Assembly: GCA_031394255.1 (NCBI GenBank) | Contig: JANMXA010000042.1 | Span: 89,505 to 153,504, forward strand | DNA from: Gemmatimonadota bacterium | GTDB lineage: Bacteria > Gemmatimonadota > Gemmatimonadetes > Gemmatimonadales > GWC2-71-9 | Direction of reading: 5' to 3' | DNA: 64,000 nucleotides | Shown: piece by piece, positions 62,797 through 64,000 of the stretch | Layout: each line of letters opens with the position of its first letter | How positions within the stretch are numbered: position 1 is the stretch's first letter | Notes under the pieces: generated by a model | Database searches by the model: none | What the model was told of the DNA's origin: nothing | What the model saw: only the letters and a program-made list of their open reading frames with translations | Translations under genes and position numbers: made by a program

Positions 62797-64000
62797 TCAA
62801 GGACGTCGCCGCTTGGCAACCTCCTTCTTGGCGTCTTCGTGGCCCTGAGCCGCGGCCCGGTCGAGCCACTGAAGCCCGACTTCTTCATCCTTCGCCAGAC
62901 CGCCGCGGCCGCGGATGTACATCATGCCGAACTGATATTCCGCCCCCGGGTGACCTTGCTCGGCCGCCTTGCTGAACCATTTGGCGGCCTCCTGTTCGTT
63001 CTTTTCGACCCCTCGCCCGCGGCTGAACATCTCTCCCAGGTTGTACTGGGCTGCCTTGTTGCCCGCCTCGGCGGCCTTCCGATACCAGGTCGCCGCTTCC
63101 TGATCACTGCGCTTGGTTCCCAGGCCCTGTTCGAAGCGCTCGGCGATCAAAGGCCAGGCGTCCTCGATTCCGGCGTCCGCCGCCTTTCGGATCAGCGTGG
63201 TCGCTTCGACGTCGTTCTGGGTCACGCCGACGCCAGTGGCGTACATGACCCCAAGGCGGAACGCCGATTGGGCGTCCCCGGCGCCGGCAGCCTTCCGAAA
63301 CCACGTTGCCGCGGCCGAATCCGAACGATCGACGCCGGTGCCCTTCTGATACAGCGTCGCGAGCGCCCGACTCGAGGCGGCACTGCCCCGATCCCCCTCG
63401 GCCCCGCAGAGTCTCACGGCTTCGGTCCATTTGCGCCCTGCAATGGCGGTCTGGCAGTTGAGACCGGCCAGCGGCTGCTCCGGCTTGGTCGAGGTCGCTG
63501 CCCCGGTGCCGTCCGGCCTCTTAACCGGGGCCTTCGCCCCGGGTGCCGGGGGCTTGAGGGTCGGAGACGGAGGCGCGGATACCGTGGTCGGGCTGGGCCC
63601 TGGCGGCGGGGCCACTGTCGCGGGGGCCACGGGCGCCGGCGCTGGCGGCGGGGGCGCGGGTGCACCGTTCCGCATCAGCAGGAAGACGACTGCAACGCCT
63701 GCCGCGCCCAGGCCCGCCCACGGCAACCAGGCGGCCCCCGATCGGGACGGCCGCGGTTGCTCGGAGATCAACGTAGGAACGGGGGGCGCGACTGCCGGGG
63801 TCTCGACCACGGGTGCGCCTAACGGCAGGGCGTCGGGGCCCGACATCGCCTCCGCGAAGGTGGCCATCGAAACGAACCGCTCCTTGGGATCCTTGGCCAG
63901 GGCCCGGTCGACCGCAAACGCCAGCGGGGCCGGCACGTCGGGAACCAGATCGCGGAGGCTCTTGGGGACGCCGACCATCTGCTGGAACAGAACCGCCCGG
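62797..64000 (-). CDS. serine/threonine protein kinase with TM segment, Pro-rich linker and Sel1 repeats (N-terminal kinase core continues beyond the window)
   Basis: The frame is open to the window edge. It encodes the kinase C-lobe tail (ALAKDPKERF), TM helix AAWLPWAGLGAAGVAVVFLL, a PAPPPPAPAPVAP linker and Sel1 repeats (AATWFRKAAGAGDAQSAFRLGVMY...). Confidence 0.85.
   Translation of the reverse strand, partial: RAVLFQQMVGVPKSLRDLVPDVPAPLAFAVDRALAKDPKERFVSMATFAEAMSGPDALPLGAPVVETPAVAPPVPTLISEQPRPSRSGAAWLPWAGLGAAGVAVVFLLMRNGAPAPPPPAPAPVAPATVAPPPGPSPTTVSAPPSPTLKPPAPGAKAPVKRPDGTGAATSTKPEQPLAGLNCQTAIAGRKWTEAVRLCGAEGDRGSAASSRALATLYQKGTGVDRSDSAAATWFRKAAGAGDAQSAFRLGVMYATGVGVTQNDVEATTLIRKAADAGIEDAWPLIAERFEQGLGTKRSDQEAATWYRKAAEAGNKAAQYNLGEMFSRGRGVEKNEQEAAKWFSKAAEQGHPGAEYQFGMMYIRGRGGLAKDEEVGLQWLDRAAAQGHEDAKKEVAKRRRP

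Overview
GC-rich bacterial chromosomal window (about two-thirds G+C by eye) spanning the replication-origin neighbourhood. rpmH-rnpA-yidD-yidC-mnmE lie on the + strand and diverge from dnaA-dnaN on the - strand. The gene content (GWxTD lipoprotein, several Hanks-type Ser/Thr kinases with TPR or Sel1 tails, many Tat-signal Gfo/Idh/MocA enzymes) suggests Gemmatimonadota or a related phylum; this is a low-confidence inference.

Content, left to right:
- Partial MMPL transporter, polA, GWxTD protein, a kinase coupled to pyrE, an AraC regulator with a pseudo-receiver, and a large kinase-TPR protein.
- RNase P RNA, mtgA, then dnaN/dnaA and the rpmH cluster.
- An unlisted CDGSH iron-sulfur mini-protein, a nitronate monooxygenase, a DUF2268 protease and a rhomboid protease.
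- A tightly overlapping holA-SPOR-mutS-TonB_C-ddl string.
- NUDIX, YdcF, a beta-CASP MBL hydrolase and upp.
- tRNA-Phe next to a decayed NPP gene.
- tag, a desaturase, and a THUMP methyltransferase coupled to hrpB.
- A mixed block: alpha/beta hydrolase, DJ-1, DCC, DinB, AKR and ada-alkA.
- A cluster of periplasmic oxidoreductase, TIM-barrel, DUF1080, TonB-receptor and MFS genes.
- Two tandem kinase-Sel1 genes.

I saw no CRISPR array, transposase, integrase or rRNA.

Most notable observations:
1. A DnaA-box / GC-cluster / TAG-trio / AT-island module in the dnaA-dnaN spacer.
2. Three CTGA stop-start junctions where CTG appears to be the start codon. One of them reveals a CDGSH gene that has no canonical start.
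3. An exported basic lipoprotein with an ATGA-coupled acidic partner, which resembles a toxin/immunity pair.
4. Several decayed genes with single-base frameshifts. These may instead be sequencing artefacts.
5. A Tat-dependent putative 3-keto-glycoside-type cluster carrying an embedded signal-less ApbE.

Many long ORFs in the track are antisense artefacts of the high GC content.
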